In this document: positions 36,637 to 46,670 of the stretch, in pieces
Layout: each line of letters opens with the position of its first letter
How positions within the stretch are numbered: the stretch's first letter is position 1
Origin: Nitrospirota bacterium
GTDB lineage: Bacteria; Nitrospirota; Thermodesulfovibrionia; Thermodesulfovibrionales; JdFR-85
Assembly (NCBI GenBank): GCA_015492645.1
Contig: WGER01000068.1
Coordinates: forward strand, 23,605 to 87,604
Direction: 5' to 3'
DNA length: 64,000 nt
Program-made: the position numbers and the translations under genes
The notes under the pieces: generated by a model
Told to the model about the DNA's origin: nothing
What the model saw: only the letters and a program-made list of their open reading frames with translations
Databases searched by the model: none

Positions 36637-37654
36637 CTCTCCTCTTTCTTATACCTCCAAGAAAGTCCTCGAGTCTGTTGACGAGTTCCTGGGGATCCTT
36701 TCCTAAAATCTTCATATAGTATTTTATCTCTTCAAGCCGCTGTCTTGCCATTCTGTGGTCAGGGTTAAATTCGAGGATCCTCTGGTAGGTCTCTGCAGCA
36801 AGTATATATCTGCCCTCTCTCACATGTTCATCCGCCTCAGACAGAAGGGCCTCAACATCTGTTGCCTCCGTGGGGGGTTCCTCTGTAGAGGGGGTTGACT
36901 CTTGGACCTCCATAGCCTGATATGAAGTACCCTCATAGAGGCTGGCAAATTCTGTTTCAGTGCCCACGGCTGATTCTGCAGTGAGGTCTTTCGGTTCGTG
37001 TACATCCTCCTGTATAAACTGGGTAAATTCCCTGTACTGCTGAAAGGCATTCTCTTCTGATCCCACGGCCTCTCCTTCAGTCGTTTCTTCTGCCTCTTCT
37101 GCTCCTGCCTCCTCTGCAACTTTCGCCTCATCGAATGAGGTCTTCTCAAAGGCCTCTTCCAAGACCCCTTTATCCTCCTCCGTTTCCTCGACTGCCTCTA
37201 CGGGTTCTTCCATAAAGTCTTCTGCCTCAAAGAGGTCTTCTACGGGTTCTTCTTCCCCGGGCTTCAGTTCATCCACCACCCTTCTGGCATCCTCATCAGA
37301 TGGGTTAAGTTCAAGGACCTTTTCATAGTGGTACAGGGCCTTCTCCATATTACCTGTGTCCCTGTATATCTCTGCCAGTTTCTTCTGGGCAAAGAGGTTG
37401 TCTGGTACAATCTGCACAACCCTTTCAAACTCTTCCTTTGCCTTCTCCACATCTCCCCTTTCAAGATATATCTTTCCCAAGACCACCCTCGCACTGGTGT
37501 AATTGGGATGTCTCTCGAGACCCTTAAGAAGGACCTCAATCGCCTCATCGTACATACCGGCCTGCCTGTACTCTTCGGCAAGGGGGACAAATAACTTGGA
37601 GGAGGGGTCCCTTGCAAGTCTCTCCTTCAGTTTTTCTATTTCTTCAAGTCCCAT
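36614..37654 (-). CDS. TPR-repeat protein with long central acidic low-complexity linker
   Basis: N-terminal TPRs (AEEYRQAGMYDEAIEVLLKGLERHPNYTSARVVLGKIYLERGDVEKAKEEFERVVQIVPDN...). An E/D-rich stretch lies mid-protein. There is a C-terminal TPR (EGRYILAAETYQRILEFNPDH). The 3' end overlaps the roadblock gene by 23 nt. Confidence 0.75.
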   Translation of the reverse strand: MGLEEIEKLKERLARDPSSKLFVPLAEEYRQAGMYDEAIEVLLKGLERHPNYTSARVVLGKIYLERGDVEKAKEEFERVVQIVPDNLFAQKKLAEIYRDTGNMEKALYHYEKVLELNPSDEDARRVVDELKPGEEEPVEDLFEAEDFMEEPVEAVEETEEDKGVLEEAFEKTSFDEAKVAEEAGAEEAEETTEGEAVGSEENAFQQYREFTQFIQEDVHEPKDLTAESAVGTETEFASLYEGTSYQAMEVQESTPSTEEPPTEATDVEALLSEADEHVREGRYILAAETYQRILEFNPDHRMARQRLEEIKYYMKILGKDPQELVNRLEDFLGGIRKRRDEFFGSA

Positions 37655-37703
37655 CCTTACCTCCTTCTGTTATCATCAGGCCCATTTCTATGTGGCCTCT
37701 GGA

Positions 37704-37726
37704 CAAAAAATGTCAGTCCACTGACA
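37704..37726 (-). terminator. Weak intrinsic terminator/attenuator-like hairpin between coaBC and the TPR gene
   Basis: Minus strand reads TGTCAG-TGGA-CTGACA (6-bp stem) followed by TTTTTTG. The stem is short, so this is tentative. Confidence 0.35.
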
Positions 37727-37733
37727 AACTTGG

Positions 37734-38927
37734 TCAGGTCTTCCCACTCAACCTCTCCACCACTGCATCGAGTATATACCCAGCGCAGGCCTCCTTACTC
37801 ATTAAGGGTATCTCTTTTTCTGAAATTCTGTCAATAATTACTATGTGATTTGTATCCACACCGAACCCTGCTCCGGGCTCTGTTACATCATTGAACACTA
37901 TCATGTCCATCCCTTTTTTTATCATCTTTTCTTTTGCTTTTGCAATATTTGGGCCAGTTTCGGCAGAGAAACCCACCACAAATGGTCTCGAGGGCAGAGA
38001 AGTAACAGTCTCTACTATATCGGGTGTCTCTGTCAGTTTGAGGGACTGGATGGCCTCCTTTTCTAACTTTTCCTGAAAAGGGGTCTCCAATCTGAAGTCA
38101 GCCACTGCTGCAGCCATAATGAATATATCCGCATCATGGACCGTCTCCAACACCGCATTTAACATCTGTTCAGTGGTCTCCACCAGTATTGTATGGACAC
38201 CCTCAGGAGGCAGAAGTTGGGTAGGACCTGATATCAGCACAACTTCTGCTCCTCTCCTCCTGGCATCCCTTGCAATGGCATACCCCATCTTTCCCGAAGA
38301 CCTGTTTGAGATATATCTTACAGGATCAATGGGCTCAAGGGTGGGGCCGGCAGTAACCACCACCTTCCTGCCAGAGAGGTCCTTCTTTGAAAGTACTGTC
38401 CTTACAGTCTCCATTATCCTCTCAACAGAGGCCATCCTTCCCTTACCCTCCTCACCACAGGCAAGCCGACCTGTATCTGGCTCCACTTCATAGCAGCCCA
38501 TATCCCTGAGGGTCTGGATGTTCTTCCTTACCACAGGGTGCTCGTACATCCTCCAGTTCATGGCAGGGGCGAATACGACAGGTCCATTGAATGCGAGAAA
38601 ACAGAGGGTAACCGGGTTGTCTCCAATACCGGCAACGAATTTCCCTATTGTATTTGCTGTGGCAGGTGCTACAAGCATCAGGTCCGCCTCTCTGGTAAGG
38701 GTGATATGGTCCACCTCAGGAGAGTATATATCGGTATATACCCTGCCTGTTGAGAGTGCCTTCACTGTAAGAGGTGGGATAAAACGAGTGGCAGCCTCAG
38801 TCATCGCAACATCCACTGAGGCCCCCTCTGTTTCTAATGCCCTGAGGATATCCAGGGACCTATAGGCCGCTATACCACCTGTGATGCATAAAAGGATCCT
38901 CTTATTCTTCAGACTCTGGGATTTCAT
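37734..38927 (-). CDS. coaBC: Bifunctional phosphopantothenoylcysteine decarboxylase / phosphopantothenate--cysteine ligase
   Basis: ILLCITGGIAAYRSLDILRAL (flavoprotein), PAMNWRMYEHP, VTAGPTLEPIDPVRYISNRSSGKMG, and AAAVADF. Confidence 0.92.
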   Translation of the reverse strand: MKSQSLKNKRILLCITGGIAAYRSLDILRALETEGASVDVAMTEAATRFIPPLTVKALSTGRVYTDIYSPEVDHITLTREADLMLVAPATANTIGKFVAGIGDNPVTLCFLAFNGPVVFAPAMNWRMYEHPVVRKNIQTLRDMGCYEVEPDTGRLACGEEGKGRMASVERIMETVRTVLSKKDLSGRKVVVTAGPTLEPIDPVRYISNRSSGKMGYAIARDARRRGAEVVLISGPTQLLPPEGVHTILVETTEQMLNAVLETVHDADIFIMAAAVADFRLETPFQEKLEKEAIQSLKLTETPDIVETVTSLPSRPFVVGFSAETGPNIAKAKEKMIKKGMDMIVFNDVTEPGAGFGVDTNHIVIIDRISEKEIPLMSKEACAGYILDAVVERLSGKT

Positions 38928-39273
38928 CAGACAGAGAGGATTCCTTCTCCTCGAGGTATACCTGCAGGTCCTTTTCGAGTTCAGTAAGGTCCTCTGGTTC
39001 CCTCTCCTCCTCTCTCAGTTCAAGCAGTCTCCTGAAGTCCAGTTTTCTGGCCTCCTCCTGGGCCTTAACGGCCTCCTCTCCGGTTAGATAGTCCAGTTTT
39101 CCGGTAATCGCCTCAATAAGGGCAATTGTGGGGATCTTCCTGGCCTTTTGTTCGATCTTTGGTTCGTCGCCTGCTGCAAGTTGTTTTGCCCTCTGCGCAG
39201 CAATATTGACCAGTCTAAATCTGCCGTCAATTTTTTCCTCATCAAACTCAATGGGTAAAGAGATTATATCCAT
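38902..39273 (-). CDS. rpoZ: DNA-directed RNA polymerase subunit omega, with acidic C-terminal extension
   Basis: GRFRLVNIAAQRAKQL is the omega core motif. Its location between gmk and coaBC is the conserved context. Confidence 0.8.
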   Translation of the reverse strand: MDIISLPIEFDEEKIDGRFRLVNIAAQRAKQLAAGDEPKIEQKARKIPTIALIEAITGKLDYLTGEEAVKAQEEARKLDFRRLLELREEEREPEDLTELEKDLQVYLEEKESSLSDEIPESEE

Positions 39274-39287
39274 TCTAACACCTCCTT

Positions 39288-39893
39288 TTATTTCAGAAAT
39301 TCTCGTCTTATATATTCATGGTCGACCCTCTTAATCCTTAATCTTTCAGCCACCACTATTGAAATGAGTTCGGAGATTGCCTTCTCCAGTTCATCATTAA
39401 ATATAACATAATCATACATGGTGTAGTCACTAATCTCCTTTTTCGCCTGCTTCAACCTCCTCTGGATAACCTCTTCAGGGTCTGTCTCTCTCTTTCTCAA
39501 CCTCTCTTCCAGTACCTTCATTGATGGTGGAAGTATAAACACAAAGACCGCTTCAAGCCCCGAGCCCTTTATCTGTCTTGCACCCTGGGTGTCAATATCC
39601 AGGATCACATCCATTCCTGAGTTAACGATTTCAAAGAGATGGGCCTTTGAGGTCCCGTAGAGATTTCCATGAACCTCTGCCCATTCTATGAATTCTCCCC
39701 TTCTGACCATCCCCATAAACTCCTCTTCTGATATGAAGAAGTAGTCCCTGCCGTGAACCTCATTCTTTCTCGGGGGTCTGGTGGTATAGGAGATTGAGTG
39801 TCTAATACCCGATAGCCTTTCTGTCAGCAGTCTGCAGAGTGTTGTCTTTCCCGCTCCTGAAGGGGCAGAGACAATGAATATAGAACCCCTCAC
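39288..39893 (-). CDS. gmk: Guanylate kinase
   Basis: [40 protein letters not shown], and [13 protein letters not shown]. Confidence 0.93.
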   Translation of the reverse strand: MRGSIFIVSAPSGAGKTTLCRLLTERLSGIRHSISYTTRPPRKNEVHGRDYFFISEEEFMGMVRRGEFIEWAEVHGNLYGTSKAHLFEIVNSGMDVILDIDTQGARQIKGSGLEAVFVFILPPSMKVLEERLRKRETDPEEVIQRRLKQAKKEISDYTMYDYVIFNDELEKAISELISIVVAERLRIKRVDHEYIRREFLK

Positions 39894-40171
39894 TCTCCGA
39901 CAGACTCCTCTTTACCGAGGAATCTCTGGGTGATGGTTTCAGGATTCAGTGCAGATAACACGATATGGTCGCTGTCCATCACGATTATCGATCTTGTCTT
40001 TCTCCCCTCCGTGGCATCTATCAGTTTGCCCTTCTTTTTTGCTTCTTCTTTTAATCTCTTCAGGGGGGCAGAATTTGGGCTTACCACGGCTATCACCCTC
40101 TGAGATGAGATCACGTTGCCAAACCCGATGTTTATCAATGCAGGTACCGTATCTCTTTTGACACTCACCAT
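39890..40171 (-). CDS. DUF370 / RemA-like small DNA-binding protein
   Basis: [69 protein letters not shown] is the YlzA/RemA family pattern. It sits upstream of gmk, as in many bacteria. Confidence 0.85.
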   Translation of the reverse strand: MVSVKRDTVPALINIGFGNVISSQRVIAVVSPNSAPLKRLKEEAKKKGKLIDATEGRKTRSIIVMDSDHIVLSALNPETITQRFLGKEESVGE

Positions 40172-40227
40172 GTCTCAATTTTAACTTACTGAGAATTGAA
40201 TCTTCAAGAGACCAGCCAAAAAGGCGG

Positions 40228-41391
40228 TTACAGTATCTGCAGTATTGCACATTTGAGGTACCTCGTCTCGGGCATACTGAGCAGTACTGGATGGTCTCTT
40301 GCCTGCCCCCTTAACTCTACAATCCTCAGGTAACGGTTGTTCGCCCTGGCTGCATAGTGAAGGACATCCAGGAATGCCTCCTCTGTTAGGTGATGAGAAC
40401 AGGAGGAGGTGGCCATCATTCCTCCTCTCTTCAGTACGGCCATCGCATTTGCATTTATGGACCTGTACCCCTTTATCGCATTCCTGAGGGTTGAACGGGA
40501 CTTGACAAAGGCAGGCGGATCAAGCACAATGTAGTCATACCTCTTACCAGTTGAACGTAGTTCAGTCAAAAACTCAAAGACATCTGCAGAAAGGAAGGTG
40601 ATCCTGTCCTGCAGGCCATTCAGTTCCGCATTCTGCCTCGCCATCTGTAGTGCAACATCAGAGGAATCCACTGCGGTCACCCTGATACCCCTCTGTGCCA
40701 TATGTAATCCCCAGGGGGCCGTGTAGCAGAACAGATCGAGGCCCTCGCCCTCCTGGAGCATTGTGGAAAAGGCGAGCCTGTTTTCTCTCTGGTCCAGAAA
40801 GAATCCTGTCTTCTGCCCCTCCAAGGGGTCCACATAGAACCTCAGTTCACCTTCAGTTATGACCGGCAGTGACCTTAACTCACCATGTACAATCGCCTTC
40901 TGTAGAGAGAGCCCCTCCAGTTCCCTGTACGGGGAGTCATTCCTGAGGACTATACATCCGGGGGAGATGGTATCCCTGATTACCTTGAGGATCCTCTCCT
41001 TCAGTCTCTCCATCCCGGCGGTGAGTATCTGGACAACCACCACATCAGAGTATCTGTCAACGACGAGACCAGGAAGGAGGTCCGATTCAGAGAACACCCA
41101 CCTGTAAGTATCCGATCCCTGATAGAGGCCCTGGCGGTAGAGGAGTGCCTCCGTAAGTCTCTGTCTGAAAAAGGCCTCTCCGGCGTCTGTCTTTCTACGG
41201 CTGAGGAGCCTGACGGTGATGTAACTCTGGGGATTGATATATCCAGTGCCAAGGAAGTTGCCACTTCTGTCAACCAGTTCGACGAGTTCTCCAGGTTCAA
41301 ACCCCTTGAGGGAACCGTATATCTCCTTTGAGAAGACCCAGAGGTGGCCTTCCAGCAGTCTCTTCGGGTTTTTAACAATCACCCTCTTCAT
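40228..41391 (-). CDS. Class I SAM-dependent rRNA (cytosine-C5) methyltransferase, RlmI-like, with N-terminal PUA domain
   Basis: HLWVFSKEIY (PUA-like), LDLFCYTAPWG, VTAVDSS, and DYIVLDPPAF (SAM MTase motifs I and IV). Confidence 0.8.
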   Translation of the reverse strand: MKRVIVKNPKRLLEGHLWVFSKEIYGSLKGFEPGELVELVDRSGNFLGTGYINPQSYITVRLLSRRKTDAGEAFFRQRLTEALLYRQGLYQGSDTYRWVFSESDLLPGLVVDRYSDVVVVQILTAGMERLKERILKVIRDTISPGCIVLRNDSPYRELEGLSLQKAIVHGELRSLPVITEGELRFYVDPLEGQKTGFFLDQRENRLAFSTMLQEGEGLDLFCYTAPWGLHMAQRGIRVTAVDSSDVALQMARQNAELNGLQDRITFLSADVFEFLTELRSTGKRYDYIVLDPPAFVKSRSTLRNAIKGYRSINANAMAVLKRGGMMATSSCSHHLTEEAFLDVLHYAARANNRYLRIVELRGQARDHPVLLSMPETRYLKCAILQIL

Positions 41392-41977
41392 ACAGTCGCA
41401 TCAGGTCTTCGTATATCCTTTTCACCTGGTCACGGGTGACCTCTATCTCTCCGGAGTTGTCAATCACAAAATCGGCCCTTCTCACTTTCTCATCCTCTGA
41501 CATCTGGTTGTTGAGACGGCTGATAATCTCCTCCTGGGAGTATCCCCTCTCAAGGAGCCTCCTTATCACATTCTGTCTTCCTGCCTTCACCACCACTGTA
41601 TAGTCGAACATCCCCTCAGAGGATGTCTCAAAAAGGAGGGGTACCTCTACCACCCTCAACCAGCCATCCTCACTCTGGAGGAATCTCCTTATCTCATCAA
41701 AGACCCGTGGATGGATGATACCTTCCAGTCTCTCTTTCGCCTCAGGGTCTGAAAAAACGACTCCTGCAAGGAGCGATCTCTGGACAACCCCATCCCTCAC
41801 ATATTCTGCCCCGAAGACCTCTTTTATCTGTGAGACGACCCCGGGTTCTTCAAGAAGGCGATGTACAAGGTGATCTGCGCTGAGGGTCTCTGCACCCAAG
41901 GCCCTGAACATCTCAAGCACGGTGCTCTTACCAGAACCCCAGATACCGGTCAGGCCCAGAGAGATCCTCTTACCCAA
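41372..41977 (-). CDS. coaE: Dephospho-CoA kinase
   Basis: LGLTGIWGSGKSTV P-loop and VVEVPLLFE. 201 aa. Confidence 0.88.
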   Translation of the reverse strand: MGKRISLGLTGIWGSGKSTVLEMFRALGAETLSADHLVHRLLEEPGVVSQIKEVFGAEYVRDGVVQRSLLAGVVFSDPEAKERLEGIIHPRVFDEIRRFLQSEDGWLRVVEVPLLFETSSEGMFDYTVVVKAGRQNVIRRLLERGYSQEEIISRLNNQMSEDEKVRRADFVIDNSGEIEVTRDQVKRIYEDLMRLYEEGDC

Positions 41978-44558
41978 TTCCGAGCAGCCTCTTCAGTTCT
42001 CTCTGTAATTGTCTCAATTTTTTTATCGCATCCTGGGGGCTGAGTCCGTCTGGATCTATTGCCAGGAGCCTCCTCATGATAGGTTCATAGTCTACGCTGA
42101 AGAGATCCAGTTGGGCCGCCTTCTGCTGACACCTGCCTGATGGCCTTGGGCTGAAGGGAGATGAAAACTCCGCCTTCTCAAGGTTATGGAGCACCTCTTT
42201 CGCCCTGTTCACAGCCTCCTCTGGTAGTCCCGCAAGCCTTGCCACATGTATCCCGTAACTCTTGTCTGCCGGGCCCTCCTGCACCTTCCTCAGGAATATG
42301 ATCTCATCACCCCACTCCTTCACCACCACATTGAAGTTCCTCACCCCCTCGTTGTTTATCACCAGTTCTGTGAGTTCATGATAATGGGTTGCAAAGAGTG
42401 TTCTTGCCTTTATCCTGTGCAGGATATACTCAGCCACTGCCCATGCTATGCTTATGCCATCAAAGGTGCTTGTTCCCCTGCCAACCTCATCGAGCAGTAT
42501 GAGACTCCTGTCTGTGGCATTGTGGAGGATGTTTGCTGTCTCTATCATCTCCACCATAAAGGTGCTCTGGCCACGGGAGAGAAAGTCTGAGGCACCGATT
42601 CTTGTGAAGATCCTGTCTACAAGCCCTATCCTTGCCCGGGAGGCAGGCACAAAGGAGCCGATCTGGGCCATAAGCACAATAAGGGCCACCTGTCTCATAA
42701 AGGTGGACTTACCAGCCATGTTAGGCCCTGTGATGATCAGCAGTCTCTGGCCCTCGTTATCCAAGTAGGCACTGTTTGGTATAAACCGTTCCTGAGTTGT
42801 CCTCTCAAGCACAGGATGCCTTCCATCTGAGATGTCTATTACATAGGAGTCATCGACAGAGGGCCTGTTGTAGTTGTTTCTTCTGGCTACAACAGCGAGA
42901 CAGAGGAGGAAGTCCAGTTCTGCAAGTGCCTCTGCGGTGGAGAGCAAACAGTCAGCCTCCGCTGCCACCTCTTCCAGGACCCCCTGGAAGACCTCGTATT
43001 CAAGCGCCTTCAGTTTCTCCTCTGCACCAAGGACCTTCTCTTCATACTCCTTCAACTCCTCTGTAATAAACCTCTCAGAACCAACCAGTGTCTGTTTCCT
43101 TATATAGTCCTTTGGGACCAGGTGGAGGTTCGGTTTGGTCACTTCAATGTAATAGCCAAAGACCCTGTTATATCCTACCTTAAGGGACTGGATGCCTGTC
43201 CTCTGTCTCTCCTTCTGCTCCAAGGCTGCTATGTAGTCCCTGCCGTGGGTGGCGAGTCTCCTCAGTTCATCGACCTCCTTATGAAAACCACTCTTTATGA
43301 TTCCTCCGTCCCTCAGGCCGTGTGGAGGGTCATCCACTATCGCCTTATCTATCAAATCCATTATGTGGGAGAACTCTCCTATTGATTCCCTCAGGATCCT
43401 GAGCCGATCTGCAGTAGCATCCCTCAGGGTCTGCCTGATGGATGGAAGTACCTCCAACGAGTTCTTTACTGCCACCAGGTCCCTGCCGTTTGCAGTCCTG
43501 TTAACTATCTTAGTGGAGAGCCTCTGGAGGTCCCCCAGTCTCTGCAGGTATGTCCTGAGGGACTCCTGCATATGGAGGTCTCTGAACAGGTTCTCCACCG
43601 CATCCAGTCTCTCCTGTATCAGGGTGAGGTCCACCAGCGGCCTCAGGACCGCCTGTCTCAGGTATCTGCCACCCATGGGGGTGAGCGTCTCATCCAGCAC
43701 ACTCAGCAGTGTACCCTCATGGGTTCCATCCCTCAGGTTTCTCACAAGTTCAAGGTTCTTCTTCGTGTAAGAATCAAGGAACATGTACTGTCCCTGTCTG
43801 TCCACCTTTGGTGGCCTTAGTGTGAAGGATTCTCTAAGGTTTTCTCTCAGATACTGCAGAAGGGCACCGGCAGCAGACACCGCCTCAGACTCATTCTCAA
43901 TCCCGAATGTCTCGAGGGCATAGACCCTGTAATAATTGACCAGGTTCCTGTAGGCTTCTGTGTAGTCGTAGTACCACTCGTCCAGATAACTCACATACAG
44001 GCCATCAAGGGCCTCGCTGAAGTGTATATCCTCTCTTACCCTTTCAGGACAGAGGACCTCCCTTGGTTCAAACCTCTCTATCTCATCCCTCACCGCCTTT
44101 TCACTCTGATAGAGGAGAAACTCTCCTGTGGACAGATCAGCAACAGCAAAGCCTGCCCTGTGGCCTGATGGGTAGATGCTCATGATGTAGGTGTTCTCCT
44201 TGGGCTCCATGGGTGTGTGGGTGCCTGCGGTTATGACCCTTACAACCTCTCTCTTTACAATCCCCTTTGCCTGTTTCGGGTCCTCTACCTGTTCACAGAC
44301 TGCCACCTTGTAGCCCGCATTGATCAGTTTGGTTATATAGGATTCTGCTGCAAAGTGGGGCACACCGCACATTGGTACAGGGTCCTCCCTTCCCTTGTCC
44401 CTGCTGGTGAGAGTGATCTGAAGGACCTTAGAGGCGACAATTGCGTCATCACCGAACATCTCATAGAAGTCCCCAAGGCGGAAGAAGAGGATACAGTCAG
44501 GGTATCGGGCCTTGATCTCCTGATATTGTCTCATCAGAGGGGTAGCACCTGAAGACAT
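41970..44558 (-). CDS. mutS: DNA mismatch repair protein MutS
   Basis: TPLMRQYQEIKARYPDCILFFRLGDFYEMFGDDA, Walker A ITGPNMAGKSTFMRQ, and SLILLDEVGRGTSTFDG. 862 aa. Confidence 0.95.
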   Translation of the reverse strand: MSSGATPLMRQYQEIKARYPDCILFFRLGDFYEMFGDDAIVASKVLQITLTSRDKGREDPVPMCGVPHFAAESYITKLINAGYKVAVCEQVEDPKQAKGIVKREVVRVITAGTHTPMEPKENTYIMSIYPSGHRAGFAVADLSTGEFLLYQSEKAVRDEIERFEPREVLCPERVREDIHFSEALDGLYVSYLDEWYYDYTEAYRNLVNYYRVYALETFGIENESEAVSAAGALLQYLRENLRESFTLRPPKVDRQGQYMFLDSYTKKNLELVRNLRDGTHEGTLLSVLDETLTPMGGRYLRQAVLRPLVDLTLIQERLDAVENLFRDLHMQESLRTYLQRLGDLQRLSTKIVNRTANGRDLVAVKNSLEVLPSIRQTLRDATADRLRILRESIGEFSHIMDLIDKAIVDDPPHGLRDGGIIKSGFHKEVDELRRLATHGRDYIAALEQKERQRTGIQSLKVGYNRVFGYYIEVTKPNLHLVPKDYIRKQTLVGSERFITEELKEYEEKVLGAEEKLKALEYEVFQGVLEEVAAEADCLLSTAEALAELDFLLCLAVVARRNNYNRPSVDDSYVIDISDGRHPVLERTTQERFIPNSAYLDNEGQRLLIITGPNMAGKSTFMRQVALIVLMAQIGSFVPASRARIGLVDRIFTRIGASDFLSRGQSTFMVEMIETANILHNATDRSLILLDEVGRGTSTFDGISIAWAVAEYILHRIKARTLFATHYHELTELVINNEGVRNFNVVVKEWGDEIIFLRKVQEGPADKSYGIHVARLAGLPEEAVNRAKEVLHNLEKAEFSSPFSPRPSGRCQQKAAQLDLFSVDYEPIMRRLLAIDPDGLSPQDAIKKLRQLQRELKRLLGIG

Positions 44559-44564
44559 AGAAAT

Positions 44565-44570
44565 ATTATA
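44565..44570 (-). promoter_or_regulatory. Putative -10 box of mutS operon (leaderless)
   Basis: Minus strand reads TATAAT (44570-44565), 6 nt before ATG 44558. No Shine-Dalgarno sequence. Confidence 0.4.
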
Positions 44571-44582
44571 ACTGAAGGTTCA

Positions 44583-44645
44583 GTAGAAAGTCGCCCTGGG
44601 TTAAAGCCGGATTTTGCCGTTAGGAATGACTGTTTTTACCACGGG
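44583..44645 (-). repeat. Intergenic mosaic repeat, locus E (partial, inverted M3) in the mutS/acn divergent region
   Basis: GGATTTTGCCGTTAGGAATGACTGTTTTTACCAC (44609-44642) aligns with inverted M3 copies at 8111-8139 and 29223-29257 (core TTGCCGTTAGAA). Confidence 0.55.
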
Positions 44646-44673
44646 TTCTTGCCGTCCTTAGATTCCTTTGAGG

Positions 44674-44679
44674 TATAAT
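44674..44679 (+). promoter_or_regulatory. Putative -10 box of aconitase-ADH operon (leadered)
   Basis: TATAAT at 44674-44679. The leader of about 25 nt contains AAGGAGG (44701-44707) before ATG 44712. Confidence 0.4.
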
Positions 44680-44711
44680 TCTCTTAGAGCCAGATTGTTA
44701 AAGGAGGAGTA

Positions 44712-46670
44712 ATGGGAAGGAACGTAGTGCAGAAGATCTTTGAGTCTCACCTTCTGGATGGAGAACTGAAGGCGGGTGAGCCTGTCTCTCTCAGGGTTGA
44801 TGAGGTGTATACGCAGGATGCCACGGGAACGATGGCCTGGCTTGAGTTTGAGGCGATAGGGGTGGATCGTGTGAGGGTCCCCCTTGCGGTCAGTTATGTT
44901 GACCACAACATGATCCAGTCCAACTTCAGAAATCCTGATGATCATCTCTTCCTGCAGACAGCAGCAGCCCGTTTCGGTGCATACTTTTCAAAACCAGGCA
45001 ATGGTATCTGTCACCAGGTAAACTTGGAGAGGTTTGCCCGTCCTGGCTGGATTGGTCTTGGTACAGACAGCCATACCCCCACTAATGGTGGCATAGGTAT
45101 GATAGCGATAGGTGTTGGTGGGCTTGAGGCCGCAACAGTGATGGCCGGGCTGCCCTTTGAGATGAGGATGCCCCGTGTGGTGCTGGTGAGACTCACGGGC
45201 AGACTCCAGAGACCCTGGGTTACTGCAATGGATGTAATCCTGGAACTGCTGAGGAGGTTAACTGTGAAGGGTGGGGTTGGAAAGGTCTTTGAATATGGAG
45301 GGCCAGGAGTCTCAGACCTGTCTGTACCGGAGAGGGCGACCATAACCAATATGGGGGCAGAACTGGGGGCTACCACATCTGTCTTCCCCAGTGATGAAGT
45401 GACCCGTAGGTACCTTAAGGCACAGGGAAGGGAGGAACACTGGATACCCCTTCAGGCAGACTATGATGCAGAGTATGATGAGGTGATAGAGATAGACCTC
45501 GGTAGTCTTGAACCACTGGTGGCGAGACCCCATAGCCCTGACAATGTGGTCCCTGTGAGGGAGATTGATGGGCTGAGGGTGGATCAGGTCTGTATAGGCA
45601 GTTGCACCAACTCCTCCTATCAGGTTATGGAGATGGTGGCCAGGGTGTTGAGGGGCAGGTCTGTGGCTCCCCATGTGAGTCTGCTGATAAACCCTGGCTC
45701 CAGACAGGTATACGAGATGCTTGCAAGGGATGGTGCCCTGGCAGATATGGTGGCAGCAGGGGCGAGGGTGCTTGAGATATCCTGTGGCCCCTGTATAGGT
45801 ATGGGTGGTGCCCCAGGTACCGGCCAGGTGTCCCTCCGTTCCTATAATAGAAATTTCAGAGGTAGATGTGGCAATAAGGAGGCAGAGGTCTATCTGGCAA
45901 GTCCACTGGTCTGTGCAGTGACGGCAGTAAAGGGAGAACTGGTTGATCCGAGGCAGTTGGGGATCGATATAGAGATGCCACAAGAGCCTGAGGTGTTTAT
46001 CAATAGTGATTCCCTCCTCATACCACCACCTGCTGACCCAGAGGGCGTTCAGATAATAAAAGGGCCGAACATCAAGGATGTGCCCCTTAAGGAACCCCTT
46101 TCTGACCTGATAGAAGCAGAGGTTGTTTTGAAGGTGGGTGACAATATCACCACAGATGACATAATGCCTGCAGGGGCACAGGTGCTACCACTCCGTTCCA
46201 ATATCCCTGCTATATCGGAGTATGTCTTTCACCATATTGATCCCGAGTTTCCCAGGAGGGCACTCCGTGCCAAGGAGAGGGGAGGGGGTATAGTGGTCGG
46301 TGGAGAGAATTATGGACAGGGCTCCTCGAGGGAACATGCGGCGATTGCCCCGATGTACTTAGGGGTGAAGGCGGTGATAGCAATCTCCTTCGCGAGGATA
46401 CATAGGGCAAATCTCATAAACTTCGGGATACTTCCGCTGGTGTTTATGGATCCCTCAGACAGGGAGAGGATAAACACTGGTGACATATTAAGGATAGAGG
46501 GTGTGAGGGAGGTGATTCAGGGGGAGCAGGTCTACCTGGTGAAGAACCTCAGCAGTTCAGAGGAGTTTTCAGTGAGGAGTGATCTGAGCGAAAGGGAAAA
46601 GCGGTTGATCCTTGCAGGGGGGCTTCTGCCATACGCAAAACAGGTGGCAGGCAGTTATGTATCTGGGTGA
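44712..46670 (+). CDS. acn: Aconitate hydratase, compact ~650 aa (Aquifex-type) aconitase family
   Basis: VDEVYTQDATGTMA, GLGTDSHTPTNGG, VCIGSCTNSS, and EISCGPCIGMG (three Fe-S Cys ligand regions). The C-terminal swivel domain has GENYGQGSSREHAA. Confidence 0.85.
   Translation: MGRNVVQKIFESHLLDGELKAGEPVSLRVDEVYTQDATGTMAWLEFEAIGVDRVRVPLAVSYVDHNMIQSNFRNPDDHLFLQTAAARFGAYFSKPGNGICHQVNLERFARPGWIGLGTDSHTPTNGGIGMIAIGVGGLEAATVMAGLPFEMRMPRVVLVRLTGRLQRPWVTAMDVILELLRRLTVKGGVGKVFEYGGPGVSDLSVPERATITNMGAELGATTSVFPSDEVTRRYLKAQGREEHWIPLQADYDAEYDEVIEIDLGSLEPLVARPHSPDNVVPVREIDGLRVDQVCIGSCTNSSYQVMEMVARVLRGRSVAPHVSLLINPGSRQVYEMLARDGALADMVAAGARVLEISCGPCIGMGGAPGTGQVSLRSYNRNFRGRCGNKEAEVYLASPLVCAVTAVKGELVDPRQLGIDIEMPQEPEVFINSDSLLIPPPADPEGVQIIKGPNIKDVPLKEPLSDLIEAEVVLKVGDNITTDDIMPAGAQVLPLRSNIPAISEYVFHHIDPEFPRRALRAKERGGGIVVGGENYGQGSSREHAAIAPMYLGVKAVIAISFARIHRANLINFGILPLVFMDPSDRERINTGDILRIEGVREVIQGEQVYLVKNLSSSEEFSVRSDLSEREKRLILAGGLLPYAKQVAGSYVSG

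Noticed and set aside
37264-37617. Alternative-frame ORFs inside the TPR gene (37264..37617 and 36820..37149, both minus strand).
   Set aside because: They lie on the same strand but out of frame with a protein that has clear TPR periodicity. Their sequences are basic and low-complexity, as expected from frame-shifted GAG/GAA-rich DNA.
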